DNA of 60,935 nt, counting the filler, from Basidiobolus meristosporus CBS 931.73 (Eukaryota; Fungi; Basidiobolomycota): assembly GCA_002104905.1 (NCBI GenBank). It is 3 parts of 3 records of this genome, joined end to end, with 100 filler letters (N's around TTAATTAATTAA, not from the genome) between each part and the next. Parts side by side here need not be neighbours in the genome. Positions count along the whole stretch, not along the records: positions 1 to 29,069 come from MCFE01000874.1; 2 more parts are not named here. One strand, given 5' to 3'. Below are positions 13,301 through 25,547 of the stretch, in pieces (the first letter of the stretch is position 1; every line of letters begins with the position of its first letter). The notes beneath the pieces are model-generated. The model saw only the letters and a program-made list of their open reading frames with translations, was not told the DNA's origin and did no database searches. The position numbers and the translations under genes are program-made.

Positions 13301-16300
13301 GGACAATGAGACTTATGAGCTATTACCTGCCAGACTGTATTTCAACTTGGTCAATCCCAGTGTGTGTGAAACAAGTGAACTTAGCAAGACACAGTTCTGT
13401 AGAGCACTTAGAAAAGACACCCAGATGTGCCTCATTGCAGTAATACTGGAGGATTCCTCTACTCCAGTACCCCAGAAGGTGCAGACTCTTTTGAAGAAAT
13501 ATTCACATGTATTTTGGGATGAACTTGTAAGCCTACCACCAGGCAGAGACACCTTGGGGAGCACCAGTACTTTTTGTGAAAAACAAGGATGGAACACTTA
13601 GGATGTGCATTCACCATAGAGCCCTCAAATCAGCCACTGTGAAGAATAAGTACCCCATACTTTGGAGTGATGAGCTTTTGGACCAACTCAATGGAGCCAC
13701 TATATTCAGCAAGATTGACCTCATGTCAGGACACAACCAGACTAGGGTGAAACCAAAAGACATCCCTAAGACAGCACTCAGGACCAGATATGGACATTAC
13801 AATTACCTAGTCATGAGTTTTGGCCTCACCAATGCCCCTGCATCACTCATGACCTTGATGCAAACAGTCTTGCAGGAATACTGACAAGATTACTGAGCCA
13901 AGGACATGAGGGAAAGAACTACCCAGTTGCTTTTGAGTGCAAGAAACTGAACTCAGCAGAACCAAACTATCCAGTGCATGAAAAGGAGATGCTTGCCATA
14001 ATGCACTGCGTGAATACCTGGAGATGCTACATTGAGGGAGTCATGTGCACAGTGAAGACTGATCACAACTCACTCAAGTATATATTTACTCAGAAGGTAC
14101 TCATCAGAAGAATGACAAGATGGAGTGAATACATTCAGCAATTTGACTTGGAGATTGTCTACTGCCCTGGGAAATACAACTTGGTTGCTGATGCCTTATC
14201 TGAATAGCACAAGTTGCACAACTGAACTTGGTGCATGAATCAGATTGGCCTAGCAGATTACCAGAGTACTTAGAGGACCAAGGCATTCTTAATGATGTGG
14301 ATGAAGAGATATAGAAGATAATCTGGGATAAAGCTAGCAAACTTGTGGTACAGCATGAAACAGTCCACCAAATTTTTGATGGAAGCCCTATTACATATTG
14401 CCCTTACATTGCTTGCCTGGGTTTAATACATAAGCTATACAATGGATATGGACATCTTGGAATTGAAGGAACTTATTGCCTTGTGAAAGCCAGTGCATGG
14501 TGGCCCAGAATGACACAAGACATTGAGAAGCTAGTAAAAACATGCCCAAATTGCCAAATCCACCAAGGCCAGCCACAGAGAATTGCCAAACTCTTTCTCT
14601 TGAAGCCTCTAATACCATTTGAAAGATGGGGAATTAACTTTATTGGAAGACTGCCAACCACCAGGAATGCAACTGTTGGTTCCTAGTAGCAATTGATGAT
14701 GCTACTAAATGACCAGTGGCTAAAGCAGTACCTGTAGCCAGTGAACAAGAAGTTGCAAGCTTCATCTACCATGAGATCCTTATCAAGTTTGGATGAGCTG
14801 CAGAGATTTTACTCAATAGAGGAACAAACTTTATGGCAAAGACGTTGGAAGCTTACCTGTAAATGCAGCAGATCAAAAACTTAAAAACCTTGGCATATCA
14901 CATTCAAACTAATGGAGTCACTGAGTGGTTTAATGGATTTTTGGAAAAATGCTAACTAAGTATGCAAATGAAGCTGTCAGTAGATACTTTGTATTGCTGA
15001 GAAACAACACTGAAATTAGTTTGTGCCACAATGGATAGGATATTTTAAGATCATCAGGGAATGTCCATTTGTAACTTACCAACTAGTGGACAAACAAGGG
15101 AATATCTGGGAAGATTTAGTTCATAGAGACATACTTAAGCATGCAAGACTTGCCAACAATACTGAACCATTAAGATATTGGTATCACCAGAAAAGAGATT
15201 CAGGAGAACACTGTCAACTTTAGTAGGGAAGAATATTATGATATACTGCTTGAATGTTTAAGTTAAGTAAGTATTTAGTAAAATCAATGAGTTATATGTT
15301 TAGCCTATCAGTATATCAGTGCTATCTATAAATCAGTAGCATTAGTCAGCTAATGAATCAGCAGATCCTTATCAGACAGAAATAGATATATTAAGCCGAA
15401 TCTTATTGGGTAATGATGATGCAATCAAATAAGCCATTAGCCACAGCCTACATTAGGAAAAACAATTAGTCAACAATTGATCTGGCAAAATGTATTTATG
15501 GAGCTGCTGGAACCTCAATAAAAGTCAGCTCAAGCTTAGTGAATACAACAGTAGCTAAACTCCCTATTCATCTACAACTCTTATACCAAGATTTGTAACA
15601 ATACCATCTCTGAGAATCCTTGTTTGAGGTCATGTTAAGTGCATATATGAGAAGTTTATCTTCAGTAGTCCCCAAATTTCTATTTGTTTTACCTTATGTA
15701 CTGAATATCAGTCCTTCTGAGGCACCAGTCTAATATGTGCCCTTTCCTTTGGCAGTAGTGAGAAAAAAGGTTGTTATTGCCTTTGAAGCCTGTTGACCAC
15801 TTCCTTTGCTGGTTATCATTGCATATTAAGGCTTACTTCTCACTTCTTGTTGTCACTTGTTTCTTTTAAATTTTCCATCCAGGAACCTTCAATATATGTG
15901 AGTTAAGTCTGTCTCTTCAGTTTAAAACTCTGGGGCTGAAACAAGGCCCATACATCTGACTGTTAGGCTACTCTGAATAGCAACTATTACCTCCACATTA
16001 GCAGCTGGTACAGCCACAAATTTCATTTCATCATCTGACAGGGAAATTATGCTAATTGGATTTTAATTCTTTGCCTGCCAGCATCTTTGTTGTATGAAAC
16101 ATTTTCTAAGATGCATTTTATTAGCAGCTAAACATGACTGGTCTGTACTGTCTAAAGCCTGATATTCTTTTTGTATTGTTTTTGCACTTCAGCATAGAAT
16201 TAACATCTTGTCTTGATCATTAAGGCAAATGCTATTTGTAGCACTTTGGTCTTTTCTCTGATACTTCAAGGTTTCCACTGCCTTGCTTCAAGGAGGGCAT

Positions 16301-16807
16301 TATTTCACATGATAATATATCAGAAGACTCTTTCCTCTAGCAGCATCTTGATCTTCACTATCCACATGTGGTAGTTAGATGCATCAAACCTTTCAGCGGA
16401 GTGAAATATTCCAGTAATAGCAGTAGTAGACATAGTAGAGAGTGACATCTTGAGGCTCATGACCTGTTGTATGAATCTTTGTGATATTGGAGGTGTTGGG
16501 AATATCAAGTAGATTTTTGGTTCTTAAGGATTTACTAAGTGTAAATGCAGTATTTATACATTTACTTGGTCGTGGTATAACATACACATAAAACATGCTT
16601 GTGAAGACTCAAAGAGCTTGTGTGCAAAGCTTGGAGCTGTTGTGATAACTTTGAAGATTTTCATGTTTTGGGTACCTGATATTATGGCGAAAGTAATCAA
16701 AGTATATCCCAGCAGGGAAGCTAGCTGGTATTCTCTGAGACTTGTAGGTAATATTCCAAGTGGCCAAGTTAGGTAAATATCAGGTGGCAGTACCAATTTT
16801 GGCAACA
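10381..16807 (-). mobile_element. Ty1/copia element with both LTRs, inserted into the CACTA remnant, integrase region lost
   Basis: 3' LTR ~10381-10724 with PPT (CTCCCACCCAGC on +) at 10725-10736. RNase H/RT remnants ~10750-12130. Gag remnants ~15600-16450 (NYHMWIVKIKMLLEER). PBS at 16453-16464. 5' LTR 16465-16807. Confidence 0.85.
12135..15600 (+). mobile_element. Degenerate Ty3/gypsy element nested in the copia element, 5' LTR missing
   Basis: Gag YHGRVDENLGTWL and zinc knuckle CFNYHHQGHIAKYCP. Protease [21 protein letters not shown]...[20 protein letters not shown]. RNase H HEKEMLAI...TDHNSLKY. Integrase GHLG...WWP...CPNCQ. PPT 15222-15233. 3' LTR 15234-15600 ending TGTAACA next to the copia protease codons. 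Confidence 0.9.
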
Positions 16808-19563
16808 AAAAATAGCTTTGATTATCCTTATTTATATGATAACTGCATTCAACCATCAGCTATTTTATAAGGCTAGCTGATCTTTGCAATATCTTCAGAG
16901 TCCACAAAAAGCATTTGGCAGATCCTCACACCTTTTCTTTCAGCTCCTTAGAGGGCAGACATCAGGACTTTGGTATTAAAGAATATGCTGCAATATAACT
17001 ACCACATCAAACAGATCCTACTGGTGTTTCAGGGCTGTTATGAGGTTTGTGGCTAGAGAACTACTTACAAGAGGCTCTTTGGAACATATATGTTTTGCTA
17101 CATAGTCTAAATGAAGTCTACATAAATCATGGTTTCATCAACAAGTACCTAATTTTGATAAATAGTATTTTCCCATACTTTCTTCTATTTTTCTTTTGCT
17201 CATGACTCAGAATATTTCCATCTGTGGGATGGTCTTGGACTTCCCTACAAGTGGACCCAGAGTGTGCCTAAGAGCAAAATCTTGATGACATCATTGGTCC
17301 CAATTATCTAACTCTTGAAAGTGAAATATCCTTATGAGCACAATTTGGTCCCACAGGTGAATCCAATCTAGATCAGCCATAAATATCCTGCAATGAGGCT
17401 GTTGTAATGCCAGCAGCTTAGGATTACTTTCCCTCTTTACAGTTTTATGACAGGATTGACACAGTGTCTTACTGATCTTACTGCTAAATAGGTGAAAGAC
17501 TTTATAGTGCTTTGGTATTTGTTAGATGAGAATTGAACAACATTCTAACAATCTTATTGCAGTCTACACTTATTTGAGCAGACCCAACTGGCAGTACTTA
17601 CAAATACCAAATATGGAGAAAAGCTAGGTAGTATTTTGATAGCCTTCATGCATATATCTATGGCATTCAAATGGCAGTATGGCAACCTACAGCTGGTACT
17701 ATAAAATGATACCTTACTAATCTGCTAAATGGTTTTGCATTTTGCTACTTCACCTTCAACCATTGATATACTCCGTTGAGAATTCACCCCAACTTATTTG
17801 CTTACCCACCACTACTGTAGGTATTTAACTTATAGTATGAATTAAAGTAAAATATGGCCTCTTGCTTTCTAACCACTATAAACATGCTCACCTGCCCCAA
17901 TTAACACACTTCATCACCTCAACTTTACTACTTTTGAGTGTGAAACTTGCAAAGTTGAAAAAATACCATATACTGCTTGTAGCATATACATCTTGCTAAC
18001 ATACTCCTAGTTGACACCATTTTGCCATCATTACCACTAGAGTACCAGCAAAATTGTTTACGGTACTAGGCCAACATTTTCCTTCTCCCAGCTGGATGCT
18101 AGTCCCCCAAATATATAGGCTCTAGTTCTTGTTTTTACACATTCCATATTGACTAGTGCAGAACTTGGCTTGTATTTGGGAGAAACCTGGCATACTTTGG
18201 CAATGTTATTCTAATCATATTTAGTTCCTTTGCAAATCCAACTCAACTTTGAATTATATTACTGCTTACCCATGCATTGGGGCTGCTTGGCATCTCAATG
18301 CCAAGGACATAGTTGTCTCCATGGGCACATCAGTGCTCAGTACTCCCCAACGTATTCTGGTGACCTCCATGTGCCAACCTATCACAATTAATATGGACTT
18401 AATGTTAATATACTTGATTAGACTGGGATATGGTAGTTCTTCAACTTGATTTTTCATTCTATCTCTGCACACACCTGCTCCATAGAAACCTCCCAACAGG
18501 TGAGGCAAGGCCCAATGTTCTCTGCACACCAAGCAAGAAGCATCATAGAATGGATGCAAAAAAGGTAGAGGTCTACATGGTCTTCTATATATCTATAACA
18601 TAGCCACTCAAATCCTGCCACAGACCTCTTGAACAAAAGCTGTAGAAGTGTCAAGTTGGCATTGGTTATCAACTTCAGCATACTTATTCCTGCAATGTAG
18701 CAATATGACATCCAATGCTTCCAATGCCCTCTTGGTAGAGATGGCTTCACAAGGCTACTTGAATAAATACACATCCAGTTCATCCAGTCCTTGCATTTGT
18801 GTATTTGCATATGTGCATGAATATTGATTGGGGCTTATGAGGAATACTTTGCAGTCTCTTACCAATACTTTTGTATTTCTCTGGTATCTTGCAGGACACA
18901 CTTAGTCCAAAGTGCCCTATGTACAACTTGGTCATTAGTGCAGGTATATTGTCAACAAACAAATGCATTGCTCCCAGTGAAAAGCTTTTTCTCTAATAGG
19001 TTCCCACTACTGTCAGTGTCTCCAACCATTGATTAATTTTATTCTGTTGCCAATGGCTTGTAGCATTCAAGCTTTGCTATAATTGTACACTAGCTTCTGT
19101 GCATTCTTTCTGCTGGAAGCTGATGTACTTAGTGGTGGTGTTTGGACAATAACAATGTGTGTGAGTTATGGAGTAGATCCCCTGGATCTCACACGCTTAA
19201 CAGCAATACCATTAGTTGTGCCCAGAAAAGTTGGCTATCTTGCTGATGGCTGGGTATCTCCAGTCCAGATAAGAATGCTTGCTTTCAAATGATGGTTGTT
19301 TACAAGCATCCAGCTGGATAGCATACAAAACTCATACAGCAATAGATACAAGTAGCTATGCAGATTGGAGAGTGACAAAGACCTAGATATTGGTAGAACT
19401 ACAATCATATATTTGCCCAGATACTTTACATTTGGCAGCAGATTTATGTTAAGAGAAATTGGTGACAAGCAGGTTTTGCTGGTAGAGTACTTGTTTAGTG
19501 AGAATTTATCAAGTGGCAAGGTAAATGCATTGACATACATACATTCATAGTATCCCTTCCTTC
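16808..19563 (-). mobile_element. Degenerate CACTA/EnSpm transposase plus downstream region
   Basis: Minus-strand motifs in order: LIWTGDT(P)AISKIANFSGHN..CC.ACEIQGIY (~19150-19270), SFSLGAMHLFVDNI (~18950), DWMNWMCIYSSSLVKPSLPRGHWKHW (~18710-18790), ENIGPCLTCWEVSMEQVC (~18470-18520). These match Transposase_21/DUF4218-type proteins. Confidence 0.85.
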
Positions 19564-19878
19564 TGTTTTAAAAATATATAATTCCACCTAAATAATTATC
19601 TAGCTTAGTCACTTAGCTCATTACCTACCAATCTTATAGAAAACTGACCTAATTCCTTGCTGGGACTCACTTATAATTTTTTTTGCCAAAATATTAGACT
19701 TGTTCCGTTGGATAGTGCCACATAGTGCCAGCCTGTTTATAGTGCCGGATTGATCTGGCACTCTATGGCACCATCTGGCACTATAATTTCTACCATGATG
19801 CCAGTGGTATGATACAGCTACTGGTAATTTTACTCAATCTTACTTATGTTGCTCAGAATAGTGTTTTCCTTGCTTTAT

Positions 19879-20763
19879 TTACTCTTCATAATGCTCCAGA
19901 CACATTTCTCTCAGTGGATGTCTTCTTGTATGAACATACTGTGCATTAATAAGTATCTTAACTATTTTACCTATTCTGCTGTTTTCACCTATATATGACT
20001 TTCCTCTGTATTTACCTGCCAATATGCTGAATCTCTTCAGATATCCAAATGTGTGCTCTACCCTTACTCTGAAATGATTAAATATCTCATTGTAGAGCTT
20101 CTGCTTCCTGCTAAGCACACCATTCCTTGGCTTCCTATAAGCTGTAATACATCCTAATCTCTGACAATCCTCTCCTATATAGGCTAAGTCTGCCATACAT
20201 TTCTCCCCTCTACTGAATTCAGGATGATTCTCTACCCAGAGTGCTTTGTCATGCCTACTTCCAGCAAATGGCCCACTAAACCAGATGATGTTACCCTCAA
20301 TGTCAGACAGTGCTTGAAACTTCACACAGTGTGCCTTGTACTTGCCAGAATAAAAGTGCCTCTGCCCTCTAGAAGGTCTGTTAATCCTCACTGGGAAGGT
20401 ATCCAAAATACTCCTGATATGGAACCTGTTGCTGAACACTCTGGGATATGGAAGTCTATTGGAGCTTCTGAACCTAGTATTCCAAGCTTGCTCTAAGTCA
20501 TTCATACCCTCTGCAAGGTGGTTCTCCATTGCTGTCAGCTGGGAATGAAAGCTTCTAGGACTTTTGTTGCCATGGATGGTGGGATGAAACCTTGTAGGGT
20601 AATAGTTCTTGTAATAGCAGAGAAGCTTAACAAGGGATCTCCTTGAGTAGATTGGGGTTGATGGTCCACAGTACTTGGTATAGATCTCCTCCAGTGTGTC
20701 AAAAGGAAATCCAGTGGTAGTGATGGGATTGATGAGAAAAGACCATTCAGATGAGTAAGTCAT
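19879..20763 (-). CDS. DDE_Tnp_4-type transposase, 294 aa, intact and intronless
   Basis: Catalytic-type motifs ILDTFPVRINRP, YSGKYKAHCVKFQ, GSRHD, ADLAY, RVRVEHTFGYLKRF. Confidence 0.92.
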   Translation of the reverse strand: MTYSSEWSFLINPITTTGFPFDTLEEIYTKYCGPSTPIYSRRSLVKLLCYYKNYYPTRFHPTIHGNKSPRSFHSQLTAMENHLAEGMNDLEQAWNTRFRSSNRLPYPRVFSNRFHIRSILDTFPVRINRPSRGQRHFYSGKYKAHCVKFQALSDIEGNIIWFSGPFAGSRHDKALWVENHPEFSRGEKCMADLAYIGEDCQRLGCITAYRKPRNGVLSRKQKLYNEIFNHFRVRVEHTFGYLKRFSILAGKYRGKSYIGENSRIGKIVKILINAQYVHTRRHPLREMCLEHYEE

Positions 20764-21122
20764 ATTAAAATTGATGGATGATTGTATAAAGGCGGTTTGA
20801 ATTGATTCGGCGCGATCCGCCTTATTTATCTGATTTTTAATACATTATGGTTAAATCTCCATCAATTGCCATGTATCCCATCATTATGTCGCAAAAATCA
20901 TCCGCAAACAATGCCTTGGTACTTTTATTGATGCTTTAATCATAGGTCTATAATCAAATAGGAAATCTGCAATTGATGTGATCTGATCCATGTCAACACG
21001 ATCCGAGATGCATCATGCATAATATATGGAAAATTCAACAATCACATTAGTTTTCATATATATTTCATATAAGACCAGGTTGATGCCAATATACTGCTGT
21101 ATAAGTATCCAAATCTGTTGCT

Positions 21123-22316
21123 ATGGTCCCCATACCAAGCCTCAACTCATCTTTAGTACAACCCAGACAAAACACATCCCCCAGCTCAGAAGCGTGGTCC
21201 GGACCAGAAAAGTCGATGTTGGATCCGTTTGAGTTCTCGCCAAATGATTTTAGTATGGCCCAAGTGTCTATGATGAGCCTTCATACAGATATTTGGGCAC
21301 TACTGAGTAATCTAGCAGAACTAGATACCTCAGAGAGTCGACAAAGATGGAAGAATTTGAGTAGAAAGCTGTGGCATGAGTTCTACATCAAGATGCCAGC
21401 CGATGTATGTAAAAAGATATATAACAAGAGAAGTATTGAAATCAAGAATGAGCTGAGAGTGAGGGGATTTGACAAAGAAGCCGCGCGGGAACAATTTTGC
21501 GCGCAATTTGCACAGTACGGGCCGGACGCGTCTGTTTGTGCCTCAACTTTGGGAACCAAAGAGATTTTGAATGAGTTTTTGCCTCAAATGACTGATGTAC
21601 TACGTGATATATTAGTAGAGCTAAGTGGCTTCCAAGAGCAATATACACAGGACTCATCCAGGCAACAGCTCCAAAGTATCAGACAGAGGGTAAGTGAATA
21701 CCTTGAGGAATCAGATGGTGAGCTTCAGGAGGAAGAATACAGACCGCAAGCAACATTGTCCAGATCACGCCAGCATGCCTTGCGGGATTCCCTACCATCT
21801 CTTGCAACCACAGCGTGCCGGCGCACGTCAGTCCAGACGACACCAACACCCTTTACCAGAACGCCCCGCATTGAGTCAACGCGCGTTGGGTCAACGCGCG
21901 TGCTTCAGAGCAAAACTACGAGAACTTGCCAAACTGCTCATTTAGACACAAGTCCATTGGAGCGGACCAAGTCGCGTCAACATGCAGCATCACATCAAAC
22001 TCAGCCAAGGGCCATCTCAACGCATCAAGGCGTGCCTGCGCGTGCCGTTTTGCCTGACCATCAGCAAGTTACTTCTGGTGAACTGACTGATGATGACCAA
22101 CATGAAGTGCCTCAACCACCGGAGCCCTTGGCGAGTAAAAGAACGCGTCAGCGTGTGGCACTACAGGCCGGTTCAGTTGGTTCAGTCGGAGCAATTCAGC
22201 GCGGCCAAGCTGCAGCATTGCACTCATCAACTAGGAGGCAAAATACTGACTACAAATACACAAGTAGCCAAGATGATAGTCAGCCAGGAAGTAGTGTAGG
22301 TGTGCAAAGTGAGTAA
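21123..22316 (+). CDS. Transposon ORF2, putative Myb/MADF-like DNA-binding accessory protein (397 aa; true start uncertain)
   Basis: Long ORF inside the element, divergent from the transposase. RQRWKNLSRKL resembles the MADF/SANT helix. Helical middle and S/T/R/Q-rich tail. Confidence 0.6.
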   Translation: MVPIPSLNSSLVQPRQNTSPSSEAWSGPEKSMLDPFEFSPNDFSMAQVSMMSLHTDIWALLSNLAELDTSESRQRWKNLSRKLWHEFYIKMPADVCKKIYNKRSIEIKNELRVRGFDKEAAREQFCAQFAQYGPDASVCASTLGTKEILNEFLPQMTDVLRDILVELSGFQEQYTQDSSRQQLQSIRQRVSEYLEESDGELQEEEYRPQATLSRSRQHALRDSLPSLATTACRRTSVQTTPTPFTRTPRIESTRVGSTRVLQSKTTRTCQTAHLDTSPLERTKSRQHAASHQTQPRAISTHQGVPARAVLPDHQQVTSGELTDDDQHEVPQPPEPLASKRTRQRVALQAGSVGSVGAIQRGQAAALHSSTRRQNTDYKYTSSQDDSQPGSSVGVQSE

Positions 22317-25197
22317 CTTCCAAATGCTTCAGTAGTAATCCCTGTGAGAAAGAAACCCAGGAGAAGATGATGCGATTGCTTTGAATTGCTCACATTTGTA
22401 ATGATCCCAACAACCCTTTTTTTTTGCAATCCGAATTGAGCCATTGCAAATCAGCGATCATCAAATTTTTGATATAAGTAATATCAAGGTTGTCTCACAT
22501 TTGAGACAGAACCCCTATAAATAAACACCCTGCATATATATACGTCATCTGTAATACCAGTGCAGCTATTGGATCTGTTTTGCACCTACACGATCGCTTG
22601 CGTGCTAGCTATGACACCTTGTCCAATCACTAGGATCAGGGATTTACTTGCTCAATGGGCAAAATGGGATATTTGATGGCAAATCAGGTAACTTTTTCAG
22701 TAGTCAATGAGCCAATTGGGGGCAGCCAGCTTCAGGATACTTTTGGACCAATTAACCACTGAGATACCGTCCAATTGGAGTGAGGGTAACCAAAATGGTA
22801 AGTATCAGTGTAGTTTATAGTGTGATACACATTTATTTCCATTTACATTAAAGAAACATATCCAAATACCGGATTTTACCTGCCATTATAGCGGTATCCA
22901 ATTGCGCACGTGATGCAAACATTACAAGTTGGCGCAATCATCCGCGCCAACCTCATTGTGTCAGATTGTGCCATAGTGTGCAAGATTGTCCCGCATAGTG
23001 CGAAATTGTCCAAGAACAATCCTGCCTTCTGGTAGCTATAATATAGCGCCCAATTGTTCTTTGCGACCGCGGATTGCGCCGCGTGCCCTGGCACAGTATG
23101 ATGGAACAAGTCTATTGGGTACCCTCAACATGAAAATTCTCATAATTGCCCAAACAGTCTCAATCTTTGTGCATATGTTCTTAAGATCTTCCTATGCCTA
23201 TTCTGTTTGTCTGTAATGCCAGACTCTGTACAAGTACAAATACTACCTTGACAATCAATAAATCATCAAGTGAAAACCACATAATTCACATGTTCTCCCA
23301 ATCACTTCCAATATCTTCAAAACTGTTACATTATGCTATGAGTCCCAAGCCATCACTCTCTACAATGTCTAATATTGCTATTCCTGAAATACTTCACCCT
23401 GCTGAAAGGTTTGATGCATTTAACTACCATAGGTGGATGGTGAAGATGAATATGCTGCTACAGGAAAGTGACCTATGAAATATTGTCATGTGAGAAAGAT
23501 GCAGGCCTAAAACAATAGAGTGTAATCTTAAAGCATTAGCGGAAAGAACAAAGTGCCTTGAACAGCACTGGCCTTAATAATAAAGACAAATTGCTTATTT
23601 GATGTTCAAGAGCAAAAATGGTAAAGAATATCTGGAAGTCATTAGAAGACACATACCTGTCATGTTCAGCTACTATGATAATGTATATCAGACAAAAACC
23701 CCTTGCTACAAAGATGCTGGCAGGAGAAGAAATGAAAAATCTAGTAACAGCATCACCTGGCTGGTTGATCAGTTGGAATCTATTGGCATACCAGCTGCTG
23801 CTGAAGATGTGCTATTCAGCATTCAGAATATCCTGACAGTCAGGTTTTAGGGCTTTTTATAAGCCCTAGAGGCTAGACTGAAAATTTGATCTTAAATTGC
23901 ATATATAGGAGGCACCAGGATGAAGAATTAACAAATTCAAGTGCCAATATGAGGGAAGCCTTAAAACTATTCATACATGATGGTAGCTTACAAAGGAAGT
24001 ACTCAAGGCTCTTTAAAGGCAATAACAGCATGCTTTGTAACTACTAAAATGGAAAGGACATACATTAAACTGATGCTACAAAAAGAGAGATAATAAGCAG
24101 AGTAAGCCCCAATATGGATATGCTGCAACCACAGAAGATAGACTGAGCATAATTATACTATTTATGACCATAAACAAGAGTTCTCAGACATGGCATATTG
24201 ACTCTGGAGCATCCCAACACTTTGCACATCAAAATGAACCATTTACCCAATATCAACAAACCAATATTTAGAAGGTTTTTATAGGTGACAATAGCACACT
24301 TGATGCAGTTGGAGAAGGAACTATCCAAGTAAACCCTAAGAGCAGTGAGGGTATACACACACTTACCTTCAAGGAGGTACTCTGCAAGCCAGAAATAGCT
24401 AAGAACCTACATTGTGTAAGCAAGGCAACAGCAATAGGACTCAGTTTCAGATCTACAATTATAGATACAGATTCACTAATCAAAATGGTGCCATATAGTT
24501 GTGAATATCTAAGACAACCATCTATACAAGTTGACTTATATTCCATCACATCTTGAAGCCAGCATTAGCAAACCATATGAAGAAATACCAATGCTTTGGC
24601 ATAGGAGCTTTGGACAAATCAAGTTTGACCATTTGCTCAAAGTTATAAAGATCAGCAAGTATTCAGAGTAAAAATTGATTGCCCTGCTAATTTGAAACAC
24701 TATGAAGACAATTTATATGTGAAGCAGGCCAGATGACTGTTCAACACCACTGGGTTAATCAAAACCAAGAAAAATTATATCCACCTTACTAAGATATGTG
24801 TGGACCTAAGCAATGTTTATTTTTAGGCAGGATGATGCATTTGATCAATTTTGCTGATTATTATACAAGGTGCAGGTGGGTTGACCTCATGGGAAGAAAG
24901 AAAGAAGCTTTGTCTTTGCTCAGGAAGATTAGAGCCATGGTGGAAAGAGAAACTGGTTAAGAAATACAGTATATATGCTCTGACAATAGCAGAGAAAATA
25001 CCATAAAACTTTGCATCCATCTCTGAAAACCTCACAGAGTAAATCAATTAGCACTGTAATATACTCCCCACAGCAAAATGAAGGGGCAGAATTAGTAAAC
25101 AGACCAGTACTTGATTCAGCAAGATCCATTATTGGTGACAAAAAATAATCTTCAATATCAGGATAGAATTAGTTCCCACAGCAGTATACCTTGAAAC

Positions 25198-25547
25198 TGT
25201 TATAAAAGCTTGTAATTTCACCCAAATATTCATCTAGCTTGGTCAGTTAGATCATAACCTTCAAATTCTGCATTATACCGTTCAAATTCCTTGAGGGGAT
25301 TTAGTTACAATATTTTCACCAAAATATTAGGTACCCAAAACATGAAAATTCTCAAAAGCTGTCTTAACAGCCCCAAACATAGTACACATACTCTTAGGAC
25401 CTTCCTAGACCTATTCTACATGTTTGTCATGCCAGGACCATGTAAAAGTATAAATACTACTTTTACATCTAAGAAATCAATAAGGGAAATCCATATAACC
25501 TGCTTGCTCTCCCAATCATGTTCAATATCTCCAGGACTCCTACAACA
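25198..25547 (+). mobile_element. Solo copia LTR (family C) with GAAAC target-site duplication
   Basis: TGTTA...CAACA, flanked by GAAAC at 25193-25197 and 25548-25552. No PBS or PPT adjacent. Interrupts integrase codons. Confidence 0.9.

Larger units (their letters stand above)
19696..23113. mobile_element. Complete PIF/Harbinger-superfamily (IS5/ISL2-like) DNA transposon, 3418 bp
   Basis: Ends AGACTTGTTCC...GGAACAAGTCT flanked by ATT (19693-19695 and 23114-23116). Removing it restores the copia LTR sequence CCAAAATATT(A/G)GGTACC seen intact at ~25320. Contains a DDE transposase and a divergent second ORF. Confidence 0.93.

Noticed and set aside
10376-16812. TSD for the 10381-16807 copia element
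   Set aside because: The flanks ACAAG and AAAAA match at only 3 of 5 positions, so no TSD is claimed; the insertion is supported by flank contiguity instead.
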